Shown here: in pieces, positions 24,757 through 37,961 of the stretch
Layout: every line of letters starts with the position of its first letter
Numbering within the stretch: position 1 is the stretch's first letter
The notes under the pieces: generated by a model
Told to the model about the DNA's origin: nothing
Databases searched by the model: none
What the model saw: the letters and a program-made list of their open reading frames with translations, nothing else
Program-made: the position numbers and the translations under genes
Source: Eledone cirrhosa
Lineage: Eukaryota
Direction of reading: 5' to 3'
Assembly (NCBI GenBank): GCA_964016885.1
Contig: OZ024740.1
Location: 306,404,001-306,468,000 of the forward strand
Length of the DNA stretch: 64,000 nt

Positions 24757-24942
24757 TATACAAGAGAATGTTGAAGCTTGCTTGAAGCATTGTGGAATAA
24801 TAAAATTTGGTCGTTTTGGAAGCCTCAACAATGCAGATGGGTAAATCTCCGGGTAACAAAATCAGATGGTAATGAGAGCGATGTAAGAGGAAATGTAGAA
24901 TGAGACGTATAAGGTGTAGAGGAACGTAGGAAAGAGTGTAAA

Positions 24943-25137
24943 AATAATTGTTTCTACTTTTGGCACAAGGCCAGCAATTACCCCAGTGCATTACTGGTAC
25001 TTTATTTTGTCGACCCTGTAAGGATGAAAGACAAAGTTAACCTTGGCGGGATTCGGACTCAGATTATAAAGGGCCGTAACTCTATGCTGCAAAGCATGGC
25101 GTCCGACTCTCTACCAATACTACCTATCCATCACCCT
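24943..25137 (-). mobile_element. Nin/Deu-domain SINE with 18-bp TSD
   Basis: AAAGAGTGTAAAAATAAT on both sides (24931-24948 and 25138-25155). Confidence 0.85.
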
Positions 25138-25919
25138 AAAGAGTGTAAAAATAATAATATGAGATAGAATTACCTTGGAAGTGATTTAATTGTCCCTATA
25201 TTTCGGATTTCGCATCCATCAACTGGGGTTGATGGTGGGAGGACTGAGTTGTGGGAGGAGAAAGGTGAGTTGTGGGAGGAGAAAGGAGAGTAGTGAGAAG
25301 GAGGTTTTAATGTCCCCAGGGGTTAATTATTGATTTTTATTGAAATCCAGTTAGCCAGTCCTGTTCCTGAATATTAACTTAACATGTGTGTAAAGTTTCA
25401 TCAGGATCAGATCAATGGTTTAGACGCCTACTGGTAACACACAGACAGAAATTGCCATTTATATAGTAGATATATACACTCAGTGTACGCCTGGCATTCA
25501 CGGTCCCGTCATTCGCAGAACTCTCCTCAGAATCTAACTAATAATTATTTGTGGAAACCACAGCATATTCGCGGAATCATAAATATCTGCCGTGATTTTT
25601 GGGGGGCTTTTTTCGTGGCAATATATATTTTTTCACATTTTTTAACACTAAATTATTAATAACAATATACTGTATTTTCTGGCCTATATTTTACGTTATG
25701 TTTTGACATTTATAGGCCTTTTTATGGACCATATCCAATATTCGTGGGTGCTCTAGAAATGTAACCCATTTCAAATCCATTTCAAATCACAGTGAACAGT
25801 CTATACACACATGCCTGTGTGTGTATGTATGTCATGGAAGACACTATAACTGTTGGTGTACCTAAAAGAAATAAAAAACAAATCTCCTGGTGAAAGCTAC
25901 AGTGTAAAAATTTTAATTA

Positions 25920-26230
25920 ACCCAGGCTCTGCCGCACTTTGGGCCAAGGAGCGTATACTCTCCAAATATCGGTCGATCTCCAACAGGTTTGTTGTTGAGC
26001 CCATAGCAATGGAGACTTCTGGTGTCCTTGGTTCTAGGGCTACCTCCCAACTCGGCAGAGAGTTGGCTACCTGTAGGGGTGAGCCTCGCAAGCCGGAATG
26101 GATTTTCCAGCGCGTCTCCTTCACCATCCTCTATTCCGACTGCCTGGGCTGCTGGGTGGCCAGTTCATGGGCCCCCATTTGCTCATAATAGTGAGTGATG
26201 GGGAGATCGGGAGAGATGGAGGCAGTGACA
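25920..26230 (+). pseudogene. CRE-clade non-LTR retrotransposon C-terminal (RLE) fragment with 3' end
   Basis: SAALWAKERILSKY...FVVEPIAMETSGVLG...WIFQRVSFTIL resembles the CRE-type K-x2-KY...P-x-A-x-ET-x-G...LFQR-x-S-x3-QRGNA domain. Confidence 0.65.
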
Positions 26231-26499
26231 GTGGGAGTTTTGTTCCTGGTGTATATGTAGATATTTACCACACTTACACACATTTAAATAAACTTTCCTG
26301 AATTACAGAAATGAGTAAGTAAATTCTTCATTCATTCATAAACCAATGGTAAATTTATTTATTTATTTTATTTTATTTATGCTTTTTAAAATAGCCTTCA
26401 CATTTTGTTTGAATTTCAGAGGTTCTGAAGGAAACGGCAATAAATATTCTGCTATAATTCCTAATTTAGTTAAAATTCAGCAATCATATTTCAATGGTC

Positions 26500-26551
26500 A
26501 AATATTGTAACTTTAATCAAATACCCGGGAATCACCAGGTAGCTCAGCTAG
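26500..26551 (+). mobile_element. Helitron-like 3' terminus
   Basis: ACCCGGGAATCACCAGGT imperfect hairpin followed by AGCTCAGCTAG-T. Confidence 0.55.
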
Positions 26552-26990
26552 TATAGATATATACATATATATATATATGATGATGATGAAGATTTATATT
26601 TATGACTAAACTTGAAACATTGCAAATGTTTTTAAACTTCAAATATAATACAAAGAAAAGATGAAAGACAGTAGCATAAACATGCCTTTCTTAAAAATTA
26701 TCTATTAATCATTGTGTTTATATACACACATGTACACATACTATCACTCAAGTATTATTATAAAATCACCTTCATATATGCTTCAGTGTTTGTTTGTTTT
26801 TCTCTATGCTTTGTAACATTACTTGCCTATATACATTCCAGTGAGTAGAAAGAACATCTTCCAATTTTAAACTAATTAATTTAAATTATTTTAATTTTAT
26901 TTTCCTACAGAATTGTTATGGTAGCTGGTCTGACAACCTGGTTAATGGATGAAGTTTTGCTAGTTTGCCATTTTGCCTTTTCACCAAAGC

Positions 26991-27836
26991 ATGACCTCAG
27001 TAGAATTGCCACCAATTTTCTCAATTTCACATCAAAACTCACAGTCGTTTATTAAAACGTGGACAGAAAATATGGCCCAAAGTAGCAACAGTAAACATCC
27101 CCCCTTAAGACAGATCTCTTCTGACAGTAGAAAAAAGTCTCCTTTACCAAATGAAAAAACGAACTCAAGTGCAAGAGATTTCAGAAACCTCAACAGTCAT
27201 GAATTGGTCCCAAGTACAACACAGAGTAAACCAATGGGTTTATTTAAGGGATCAACCAATAGACCAACGTTGATTCATAGCTACAGTACACCTGCAATTT
27301 CAACAACTTCAAGACTAATGACACGACGATCTACTTGTGTCTCATCTAAGACACAGGGGTCAGGAAGTAAGGTTACTGCGGAATCTGGAAGTAGCCAAAC
27401 TGAAAGTAGCATTTCTCCTATGAAAAGTTTCAACTCTCTATGTAGCTTAAGGGACAAAGGTTTGCTTAGGAAGCCTATCTCTGGACTGAATTCCCCCAGA
27501 CAATCTAACACAAGTTTATCATCCCCCAGACACTTACTAAATACTGGAAACAATAAACAGACTAAGAAAACACCAAATACTGTCTATGGTGCTAGGTCAA
27601 AACCATCAGCTCGAAGTTTTAATAAAGCAGGAATTGTAAATAAAAAAGTCATTTCGGAGAACAAAAAAAATCAACTGGACACTGAACATGCAAATGATAC
27701 TGATGAACGGATTATAAGCTGGCTTATTGGGGTCCAGGACAGTGAACCCGAGGAACCAGTTGCTCCATTTATTGAATACTCAGACAAACCATTGCAAACA
27801 GATATAGCTGTACATATTGTTTTCAATGAGGATTGA
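26991..27836 (+). CDS. Probable host gene, 281-aa Ser/Lys-rich disordered protein with a compact C-terminal motif; entire CDS in one exon (26911-27854)
   Basis: Non-repetitive ORF with an in-frame stop at 26961. Strong acceptor TTTTATTTTCCTACAG| ending 26910 and donor |GTAAGT at 27855. C-terminus ERIISWLIGV...QTDIAVHIVFNED. Family not recognised. Confidence 0.7.
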   Translation: MTSVELPPIFSISHQNSQSFIKTWTENMAQSSNSKHPPLRQISSDSRKKSPLPNEKTNSSARDFRNLNSHELVPSTTQSKPMGLFKGSTNRPTLIHSYSTPAISTTSRLMTRRSTCVSSKTQGSGSKVTAESGSSQTESSISPMKSFNSLCSLRDKGLLRKPISGLNSPRQSNTSLSSPRHLLNTGNNKQTKKTPNTVYGARSKPSARSFNKAGIVNKKVISENKKNQLDTEHANDTDERIISWLIGVQDSEPEEPVAPFIEYSDKPLQTDIAVHIVFNED

Positions 27837-28649
27837 GAGAACACTTCTCAGTAGGTAAGTAATGTCTGTTTATTATAATATTTTATTCTGATTATAAATA
27901 ATGAGGAAACTTTTTTCAACCCTCAACCTGATAAGGTACAATGACTATGTAGTAAAGTGGGTATTAGACTACTGACAACACCATGTAGTCATGAATTCAG
28001 ATGGAATTACAGCCATTACATTGACCTCAAAGTAAGACACCTAAATCCACATATTTGCTTGACCTAAAGAAAGAAAAAAGAGCTCCATTCTCCATTTCAA
28101 GGTTTAGTGGTTAATAGCAAAAATGTCATCCAGTAGTAAAACAATAATTGTTTTAACTAATAAACCATTCCACAAATGTAAAAATAGAAAACTTGATATA
28201 AAACAGTAAAAAAGAAAAAGAAAACAATAAAAAAAACCTTACAAAGAAAGAGTTGGACACAGACAGTTAGTAGTTTTTGAACCCTATTGAATTCTCAATA
28301 TAAGACATACCCTGACTATAACACTTCCCATCCTAATAGTCCTTGCTCTTTCCCTCCTTTTCCTCTCATTTATGGCATTTATAGTCCTTTCCTCTACTTT
28401 CCTATACAGCTAGATCTGCCCTTCTTTACACTTTCCCTGTTTTTTCACTACTCAATTTTATTATTTTTTTTTTTTATATTTCCATCATTGTATAACTTCT
28501 GTTTGTAAAATGTAGTAAACATTAAATAAAAAGGTGTAGAATATTTATATTATTAAATTGTATATTTCATTAAACCATTGCAGTTATCTTCACTGTCACC
28601 CCTCTCTTCACCCTCCTAGTAGCCTTGGCCCAAGGACCACCTCCCTATT

Positions 28650-28850
28650 CACCATTATCGGCATGGTGTTGGCTAGCTGTAGGTGTGAGCCTTGTAAGGT
28701 GGAATGGCTCTTCCAATACGTTTCTCTTACCATCCTCTGGGGAAATGCCTTCTCTATTCTGTCCGCTGGGGCTGCCTTGCATCCAGTGCATGGGCCCTCA
28801 TTTGCTTATAATAGTGAGGGGTGGAGAGGGCAAGAGAGATGGAGGCAATG
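28650..28850 (+). pseudogene. Second CRE-clade 3' fragment
   Basis: CEPCKVEWLFQYVSLTILWGNAFSIL; DNA homologous to 26060-26230. Confidence 0.6.
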
Positions 28851-29314
28851 AATATAAAATCTATGACATGATTGATATTAGTATCTACTGTGAGTAAAGC
28901 CTCAATGCCTTCTTTGACCGAAGATGCAGGGTCTTTCTTTATCCCCCCTTGTTTTTCTGCCTTGCTCTCATCTCAAGTCATCATATATTCTGTAGGCCCA
29001 ACCCATTCTCCTTCCTTCACTGTCTCTAAGATACACAACCAGTTATCCATTGTCAACTGCAACATATACAGCTATTCCATCAACAAACTTTAGCAACCAA
29101 GACATTTTAATCACAATGGCAGAGTGTATCCAGGTCTAAGTTATTGTTGTTTGACCTCAATTTAATTCTGACTAAGTACTCCAAGTGTGACAATCCCATT
29201 TTTTAGGAGTACGCAGATTTACATTACCCAATGTGTCCTTTACGTCTTCAATATAGAGGGATGTGATCCATGGGAAGATATGGGCAATTTCTCGTAGGTT
29301 AAGCGATCATGGTG

Positions 29315-29600
29315 GAGGCACGTGGCCTAGTGGTAAGAGTGTTGGACTTACAATCATAATGTTGTGGGTTCAATTCCAGGGCTGTGTTGTTTGTTGTGTT
29401 CTTGAGCAAAACATTTCATTTCACGTAGCTCTAGTATACTTAGCTGAAAATGAGTACCAGCAATAGCTGGGAGTTTAACCCTGCGATGGATTGGTGTTCT
29501 GTCCAGAGGGGGGGGGGGGTCTTGTACTCTCAGTCGCTTCATGCCATGAAACCGGAATAAGTGCCAGCTAAATTACCCTTTTGGCTTATGACAGACTTTA
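29315..29600 (+). mobile_element. tRNA-derived Meta-domain-like SINE
   Basis: TGGCCTAGTGG A box, GGTTCAATTCC B box, TCTTGAGCAAAACATTT core. Confidence 0.75.
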
Positions 29601-30672
29601 GACTTAGATTTAAGTGATCATGTAGAGGCTCCCACAAGTGATTTGATGGATTAGAGTGGTTAGTACAAATCTTTCTTTAGGTAAAGCTACTTCTTGTAAC
29701 TGACTAGTGTCACACTCAAGATGAGACAGAGAGTTGGGCGGATTTGACAAATGACAGAGAAAGAGAGAGAAATCTTCAAATGCAAATAAATGTCAGCCCA
29801 TAAAGCTGTTGCCTAGATATATTTTATGGCTTTCTCATAGGATCAAGGTCAGTCACTATAGACGTTTTTGCAGAGTCTGCTAGGTGAATGAGAGAAAATC
29901 ATCTTGGATGAGATATCTATTACTGTTAACTATTTCCCTCAACTAAATAAACTATGGCGTATAAACTACGACTGTATCTCTAATGAAGTACACTCTGTTT
30001 TAATTAATTAATTAAGAATTTTGAGGCATTTAGTAAAATTACTAATTATTTTATTACTAAGATAGTAACTTCATGTAAGGTTCTTATATAAAATTATGTT
30101 GTAAAATTGTTATTTAAATTGGAAACCTTTAAAATGGGTGGCTTTATTTCATAGAACCAGAGCTGGTTTTGACCATGTTGGTAACTAAAGGATTAATTAT
30201 CTGTTCTGAGAAATACAACTAAACACCTTCCACAAATATTGAACTCAGTATCCATTATTCAAGCTCTGTATTAATCACATAAATCTCAGACATTGCCCAC
30301 ATCTGATGTGAGAAAGAGTGTATAAGTCTGTGAGAAATAACTCTCTAGCTCTTCTTTGGACATGCCAATGAAAATAAACATGCAAACTGTAGAAATGAGA
30401 GAAAAAAAAATATATATATATATATATTCATTTTATTATGCCTAAATAGTGAGTCTTGTTTCTCTGGAGTTTCGCCTGTTTATGACAGGGTCATCATGAA
30501 TATTAAAACTCTACTTCGGTATTGAATACTCTTTTCTCTCAGCTGTCAACCACATATGGATATGAAGCTTCATCATTTTTACTTATATACATATATATAT
30601 ATATATATATGCATATAAATAAAAATGATGAAGCTTCGTTTACATGTATATAGATTTTCATTGTGTATCAAC

Positions 30673-30753
30673 ATCTTATGCGCATTTCACAGAGGATTGG
30701 TCACCCATAGAAATTATGGACCTAACTCCATTATCGATTTACTCTTCAGACTA
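30673..30753 (-). ncRNA. Hammerhead ribozyme-like motif (left arm of an inverted pair)
   Basis: CTGAAGA...GAAA TGCGCA TA with palindromic stem III; stem I is weak. Confidence 0.55.
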
Positions 30754-30876
30754 ACAATCCAACAAAAAATATACAACCACTCATGCCCACATACACAAAA
30801 AAAATAGTGCTGATCCTTATGCATATACCCATCACCTCACAAATCACAACAAACACTATATTTTTTGTCGGATTGC

Positions 30877-30965
30877 TAGTCTGAAGAGCAGATCGATAAT
30901 GGAGTCAGGTCCATAACTTTTAGGGGTGACCCTGAGCCAATCCTCAGTGAAACACGCATAACAGG
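30877..30965 (+). ncRNA. Hammerhead-like motif (right arm, degenerate)
   Basis: CTGAAGA at 30881 ... GAAA CACGCA TA. Confidence 0.45.
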
Positions 30966-31465
30966 TAATACACGATAAAAGTCTAAATACATGTAAACGA
31001 AACTTCATCGTTTTTATGAATATATACACTCTGCCTGCGTATCAAGTGCTTGTTTTGATACCACCACCAGTAATTCACTGAATCACATACTCTACCCCGC
31101 CCCCTCTCTATATATATATCTATTTAGATTTATTAGTATAAAATTATATATATTTTTATTGATATAAAATTTATCATAATCCACGAGCAGTTGTCCCCAT
31201 TACAAATAACTTATTCTATGCACTCTGTAATATGGTTTAATATGTTTCATTGAGTAAGTAGTGGCCCAACTGGAGTTATACGAATTACTATTCAAATAGC
31301 TTTATTAACACATATATATATCATCATCACAATTTAATGTCTATTTTTCCATGCTTGCATGGGTTAGAACGGTTGCCCACATGGCTGTGCCATACTTCTC
31401 TCAGACGGAACTGTATTTTGGGTGGGATTTTTACAGCTGGATGCTGTAACCCTAACCACATTTAC

Positions 31466-31522
<57 letters not shown>

Positions 31523-31709
31523 AAACTGGGACGGGAACAAAAACAGAGAGGCAGTACAAACAAAGGTTTATTAGTTTCACGCTCTTGAGAGTGGGGATAT
31601 ATATATATGTATATATATATAATGGAAACATTTGAACAGGAACAAAACAGAGAGGCAGTACAACGAATGTTTATTAATTTCACGCTCTGGAGAGTGGGGT
31701 GGTGGTGGG

Positions 31710-31745
31710 GAACGACGTTTCGGGCATAAGCCCTTCCTCAGGTGA
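31710..31745 (-). ncRNA. Minimal type I hammerhead ribozyme
   Basis: CTGAGGA A GGGC-TTAT-GCCC GAAA CG TC: perfect 4-bp stem II, ACGT palindromic stem III, GUC site; stem I only 2 bp. Confidence 0.7.
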
Positions 31746-32054
31746 GAAGTGTGTGGGAACAGAGTTCAAAGGGTGTGTAGGGGAGTGGTGGAGAGACATA
31801 TAGCGAAAGGAAACGGTGCGAATGAAATTAAAAATAAAAATAAAAATAAAGCATGATCAAAATACAAGGAATGAAATAAAATTAAATATAAAAGCATGAT
31901 CAAAATAAACTGAAATCAAAAAGGGGGTAAAACAGGTGGTGGAAGGGTGTGGGGTGTGTAGGGGTGGTGGCGGGAGAGGGAGACGGGGTGTCCGAGCGGG
32001 GAGGGCTGAAGGTGGTGTGTGTGTGTAGGTGTACGTGTGTGTGTGTAGGTGTAC

Positions 32055-32087
<33 letters not shown>

Positions 32088-32949
32088 AAAGTAAGGGTTG
32101 GGGGAAGAACGGGGTTGCATGTTCAGGAAGAGGTGTGTGTGTGTGTGTGTGGGGGGGTGTTAGGTCGGAGCGTCTGTGTGTGGATAGAGGGGTGGGGGGG
32201 GGAGAGGAATCAGGAGGCTGAGGGTGTAAATATGTGGTGGAAAGCACGTGTGTGTGGGGTTTAAGCGTGTTGTGGGTGTAGGTGGCGTGTGGAGAAAAAA
32301 ATGTTTTTGGGTGTGTGTGTGGGTGAGTTATATAGGTGATTCCGTAAGAGGATGGTTGAAAAGTTGGTAAAATCCTATGATATATATACATACATATATA
32401 CATATATATATATACATATATATATATAAAGAACTTCGTTTTCAAATATAAGAACTGGAAAGGTGTATGTGAAAAAGTTATATCAGCTCAAAATATAGTA
32501 ATTTATTATAATAAACGTACACATGGCTACATATCATATTTCTTTTTTTTTTTTATTTTCAAAAATGCATATATATGAATTCCTATTATGTTAAATTAAT
32601 TACACGAGGAGCAAATTATTCAGTAAATGTTACCAAACACTTATTCACATCTAAATTTGATTTACAAATAGGATCTATCAAAATCAATCATTTTATAAAT
32701 AAATAATAACCTCAAAGCGTTCATCTTTTCAAATACACAAAAATCACAGAGAATATTTAATGTGTAGTATATATATTTATATATATATATTAAGGTGTTG
32801 TAGTTTATTATTAAACTTTAACGATTTTCATTCAAATTAAATCGAACAGCCACCCTAGATATTTCTCATGTTTCTCTCTGAAGTCCCCCACTCGATGGAC
32901 TCCTCTTGATAATAGATGGAAAATCCGAAAATATTTGGGATCATTAAAA

Positions 32950-32963
32950 ATTGCTACGGTAAC
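32950..32963. promoter_or_regulatory. RFX X-box-like motif
   Basis: ATTGCTACGGTAAC versus the X-box consensus GTTNCCATGGNAAC, located in non-repetitive sequence. Confidence 0.3.
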
Positions 32964-34559
32964 AATCTATCGTCCTCACTCTTTTATTTCAGCTCGCTGT
33001 GTCCTTTCATTCCTCTATTTTTACCTCATTTTTACCTAATACGCATTGTCAAGCTTCCAAATAACCAAAGAGGGGGGGGGGGGGTTGTAGTGTGTGAGGA
33101 ACAGAACAATTTAACATTTCAAGGTGTGTCATTAATATGAAAATACAGGATGAACACCTGAAGAGTTTACATGTTTGAGTTCATCTTGTCAAGATCAATT
33201 ACAGCAATTACAGGTCTTTATAATTTTTTTCTTTTTTGTAGGTTTAACAACAACATACACATAAGGTCTCTTTTATTTGTTTGGTAGACACTATTATTTG
33301 TCGGTGGGGTGACTAGAGCTTGAAATATGTCTTCCTAACATTCAAGGCAGTTTGAAGAAAGATATGGCCTGGAAGAAATATTTTTGACTCATTATAAACT
33401 GATTTGCAAAAAGGCCTAACCCTCAGTTGTGATGTAGAGGCCATGTCAGTAATAATGTCCTCATCTGTAAAAATAATGTCTTGAATGATACATTATCACA
33501 AGTTTCCGGCATTTAGTTATCTGTCAGTCATAAATAATTAAAGCAAAGCCAACTGTCTTGTTTTAACACGTTCTTACTTACTCATACAAAATACCCCGAG
33601 AAACACTCAGGGTGGACTACATAGATAATTACTGACAACTAAACTGTGAAAGACTGATGACTAAGTATATTTCAGAACTTTATTTAATTAAGCTCAACTG
33701 TTAGACATGTTTGTTCACTGATATTACGTTTCAATGATAACTTTAGAGTAGTAATAGTTGTCACTAACTTAACCAAACTTACTGCTTTCTAATTTACTTT
33801 ACCTACCTTTACTGCCTACTTCATATGAGCCACTAAGGATGCATCTATGTGGTTGAATCACCTGCTAAAAATAGCAACTAAATCTCTCTAAGACAACACA
33901 ATATTGTCTTAACCCACATGAATCTGATCTGGTTTTATGAAGAAATCTAATCATGTGATATTCTACGTCATGTACCATTTTTTAAATCCCACGCTAAAAA
34001 AATTTATAAAACAAAATTGATGAATTAAAACAAAAATGCCTTTTTTTTTAAATTTTGCAATTTTTCTTTTTATATGTGAAGTCATTTTTCTGTTTTTTTT
34101 AAATATATATCTCTATATACTACTAAAACTGTGTGAGTGTGTGCTTGTCTGTAATTTAATACAGCTAAAATGACACATAATGGGAAAATACTTTGAAAGG
34201 AAGTTGCCCCTGAAATGGGTATACAAATGGAATAAAACAAATTTCGCGTAAATCGGAGCACGGGTTCCTGAGATATGGGGATTTTCCGGGTACCTTCATA
34301 AAAAAAGAGAGAGAGAGAAACAGAGAGAAAGAGATAGTGGTTGTGAGTGAGTAGATTAAAAGAGAAACATAGAGAGAGTAGGTGACGGAGAAGGAAAATG
34401 GAAGAGAGAGAGAGAGCTGGTGGTGTTGTTGAATGAAATTATAACCGGTGACTTCAAAGAATCGAATATAGCATTACTGTATCCTGCTAAATAGGAAGGG
34501 CTTGTAAGTGTGTGTGTGTCTGTGACCAGTGTATATAGATCACAGACACCCACCTATAT

Positions 34560-34595
<36 letters not shown>

Positions 34596-35139
34596 TGTAC
34601 ACACACACACACACACACATATATATGGGCCTTACAATTTCATTTTACATTATATATGTCTGTGTATATTTTAATTATTTAAAAATAATTTTTAAGTGAA
34701 CCTGACCCAACTCATCATGGGTAGTCAAGTATATATGTAATCTGTACAGGCAATATTTATTAGAATGCAGTTGAAGTGTGTATACATTTTTTAGAGACAC
34801 CCTGTGTATATATATACACACACACACACATCATCATCATCATCATCATCATCATTGCTTCATGTCCATTTTCCATGCTGGTATGTCTGAGACTGGTTAT
34901 CACATTCTGAGACTAGTCAGTATTGAGGACCACGCCATGCTCATAAATTCTAGTTTGGCATGCTTTCTATGGGTGGATTCTTTTGCTACTGCCAATCACT
35001 TTACACAGAGTACTAAGTGTATTTTATCATGGCCCCAAGAGGTGGGGGCTTTGTATGTGTGTACGTGTGTGTATGTGTGAGTGTTTGTGGGAGAGGTGTA
35101 TGTGTGTATATGCATGTGTATATATATATATATACCAAG

Positions 35140-35653
35140 GTTTCTTGGTGAGGAGGGTGACTTTGGACATCCTGCAGGACTAAAAACAAAACCTGTCAAA
35201 GGGCAAAGGAGCTCTTAAGAGTCAATGGCCATCCAAAATCACCGGGAGAGATGACCCCTTAGCCTTTGTCAAGGCAGAATTCTAGGAGAAGGAAAACTCT
35301 GATATAACACCTGCAACTCTGATGGTATCCAATGATGTTGACTTGTTCTTCTTTTTGGTAAATATCATCTTGGTTAAGAGAGTGGGACTGGCTTTGTGCA
35401 GTGCCTTTGCTCACTATAAAAGCTTCACGGCACAGGCATTGCTTTATATCTGGAGATCTCTCTGCACTTGTCATCACATGGTATCATGGGCCCAGCACTA
35501 TGTGTCAATATTTGTCACAAGTGCAGTGTTTGTACCAGAGTTTTTAAGTCGCTGGCGGGACTAAAAAGTCACACTCGTTCAGCGCATCGGTAGGGGTTCT
35601 CCTACATGGATATAAAGTAGTGGCCGTACTCGAAAACGAGTTGGCAGCCACCA
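35140..35653 (+). mobile_element. GC-richer repeat resembling an RTE-type 5' UTR fragment
   Basis: CTAGGAGAAGGAAAACTCTGA motif recalled from RTE 5' UTRs; bounded by (TA)n. Confidence 0.4.
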
Positions 35654-35950
35654 TATATATATATATACATGTACGTATATATATATAAATATATAAATCA
35701 AGATGGATACTGTAATAAACTGGTTAGACCATTACTCACAAGAATATTCGATACTTGGGGTAGTAGAGTTTGGTTATATGAAAGAGTTGGGACCTTTCAT
35801 ATATATATATATATAGAAGAAGGAGACCCCCTTCAGTCATGAATGACCATGGGCAAGGTTGATTGTGGGAGACCAGCTGTCGCCCATGCATACCAGTCAC
35901 CCCTCTCCACGCCACCGATGTTGTTCAAGGGAAAGGCTAAGGCTGATATA

Positions 35951-35996
<46 letters not shown>

Positions 35997-37019
35997 TATT
36001 TATTTATGTTCATACATGGAAGAAAAGCACTGTTTCAAGGCCCAATATTGACCATATCTCTGAGTTATTGGAGATCTCTGTTCACTTTGCTTAGTCTTTA
36101 CATTTAAATCAAGATTTATTTTGGTACTATCAGAAGAGCCATGAAAATACTATTGGCTCTATGAAATGGTTAAAAGATTGCTGTGACAAAGTCCACACAA
36201 ACCTCAAATACTCCACAGCCTAACAGCTTCAGCAACAGACATTTTTTGAAGTTTGATAAATTGTTGTTACAGATAACAATTGTTGTTATCAAATGACAAG
36301 AAACAGTACACAGTACCCATGAACTTTTTCTGAGCCTCTGTGACTTGTGGAAGAAGGGAAGATGTCAAGAGGTATGTCAGACTTTGGTGCTGAGGGGCTT
36401 TTTAGGACATTTTGTGTGGGCAATCTAATTCACATTAATTCTAAGGAGGAGTTTTAGAATAATCATATCACTGCATTTTTTTCTAAATCTGAGGGTGTAC
36501 CATTGAAAAGTAGGGGGTCAATGCTATTCAGTGCTTCTCCCCACCTCATTGGTGAAGAGCCTGGAAAAAGTTATCTTCAAACCAGAAACTTTTTAAAGAC
36601 ATCCATACCCAGCTAAAATGTACTCTGGAAGAGATCATTCAGTACACTCTGTAAAATGGTTGGTGATAGAAACGGTATCCAGCCTTAGTAAATCTGCCAA
36701 ACAAAGGGTCAGGATGACTCTTCAGTTATGTCAAAGACATGACAACCTCCTTAGTGTTGGTACCATGATAAAATGTATTCAGTTGAGCATAGGATTGTAT
36801 ATCAGGCTTCCGACCCACCTAGAGATCAGAGACTTCACTTGAGTACTGACTGATATGTGGTGACATGTCCAACCTTTGCTAGCAGGAAAAATGAATGTTA
36901 AATGATGATGAGGAGGATGATAGTGAGAAGGATAATGATGAGGAGAATGACAAAAATGTAAAAAAAACACTTCAGAATTCATTATCACTATCATGAATAT
37001 CATTCAACACTCATATAAT

Positions 37020-37176
37020 CAGTGCCAGATTTAGAACAAATGAAGCCCTGTGCTAGTTAAGTTATGATGCCCAAAACATTTGAAAAATTCATTGTAAATT
37101 TTTTTGGCAGGAAGATGGGTCTCCTGACCAACGGCGCCCTCATGCATACCTAAGCACCATGATAAATCCGGCACTA
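37020..37176. mobile_element. hAT-like MITE
   Basis: TIRs CAGTGCCAGATTTA / TAAATCCGGCACTA; 8-bp TSD CATATAAT / CATATACT (7/8 match). Confidence 0.7.
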
Positions 37177-37925
37177 CATATACTTCAGTATAAAACAAAA
37201 GTAACAGAGATGTCTATACAATATACATAACTAATAAACAATTTACAATCGCAGTTCAATGAGAATTTTTCCAAATTCTCAAAACTTTTGTTTGTCACTG
37301 GAGCATTTTAACAAGAGTTGAAAAAAATATCAGATATAGCTAAAGCAATGTGAAAACATGTAATAGAATATCTTGTTAATCAATACCTGCCAGTATACTC
37401 ACAGTGTACTTAGTAATGTCTCTGCTGAGTCACATGAGACCTACAAATATTCAGGTATTGACAATAATGGATCATACAAAAATACATATTTTGGTTTATA
37501 ACATGAAAGCCATTGTGAAAATGTTTCATGTTGGGTGGTCCCTTCAATTGTGTCAAAGACATGACAACATCCCTACTGTTAGTGATCAACATAATAAACA
37601 TACCCAGTACACATAAAGTGATTGGTGACAAGAAAGGCACCTGCCCATAGAAATCCTGCCAAACAAAGAGTTGGGAGGATTCTTCAGCTGTGTCAAAGTT
37701 ATAGCAACCTCTTTAGTGTTGTTGGCAATAAAATCCACTTGATTGAGCATGAGTTTGTATGTAAGATTCAGGCTCTTGGCCCATCTGAGAGGTCAGCTGC
37801 CTCTCTTGAGTACTGACTTGGTCTGTGAAAACCTGCCTAATCCTTACAAGCAGGAAAAACAGCTGATGATGATGACGACGATGATGATGATGGTGGTAGT
37901 GATGGGGATGATGATGATGATGATA

Positions 37926-37961
<36 letters not shown>

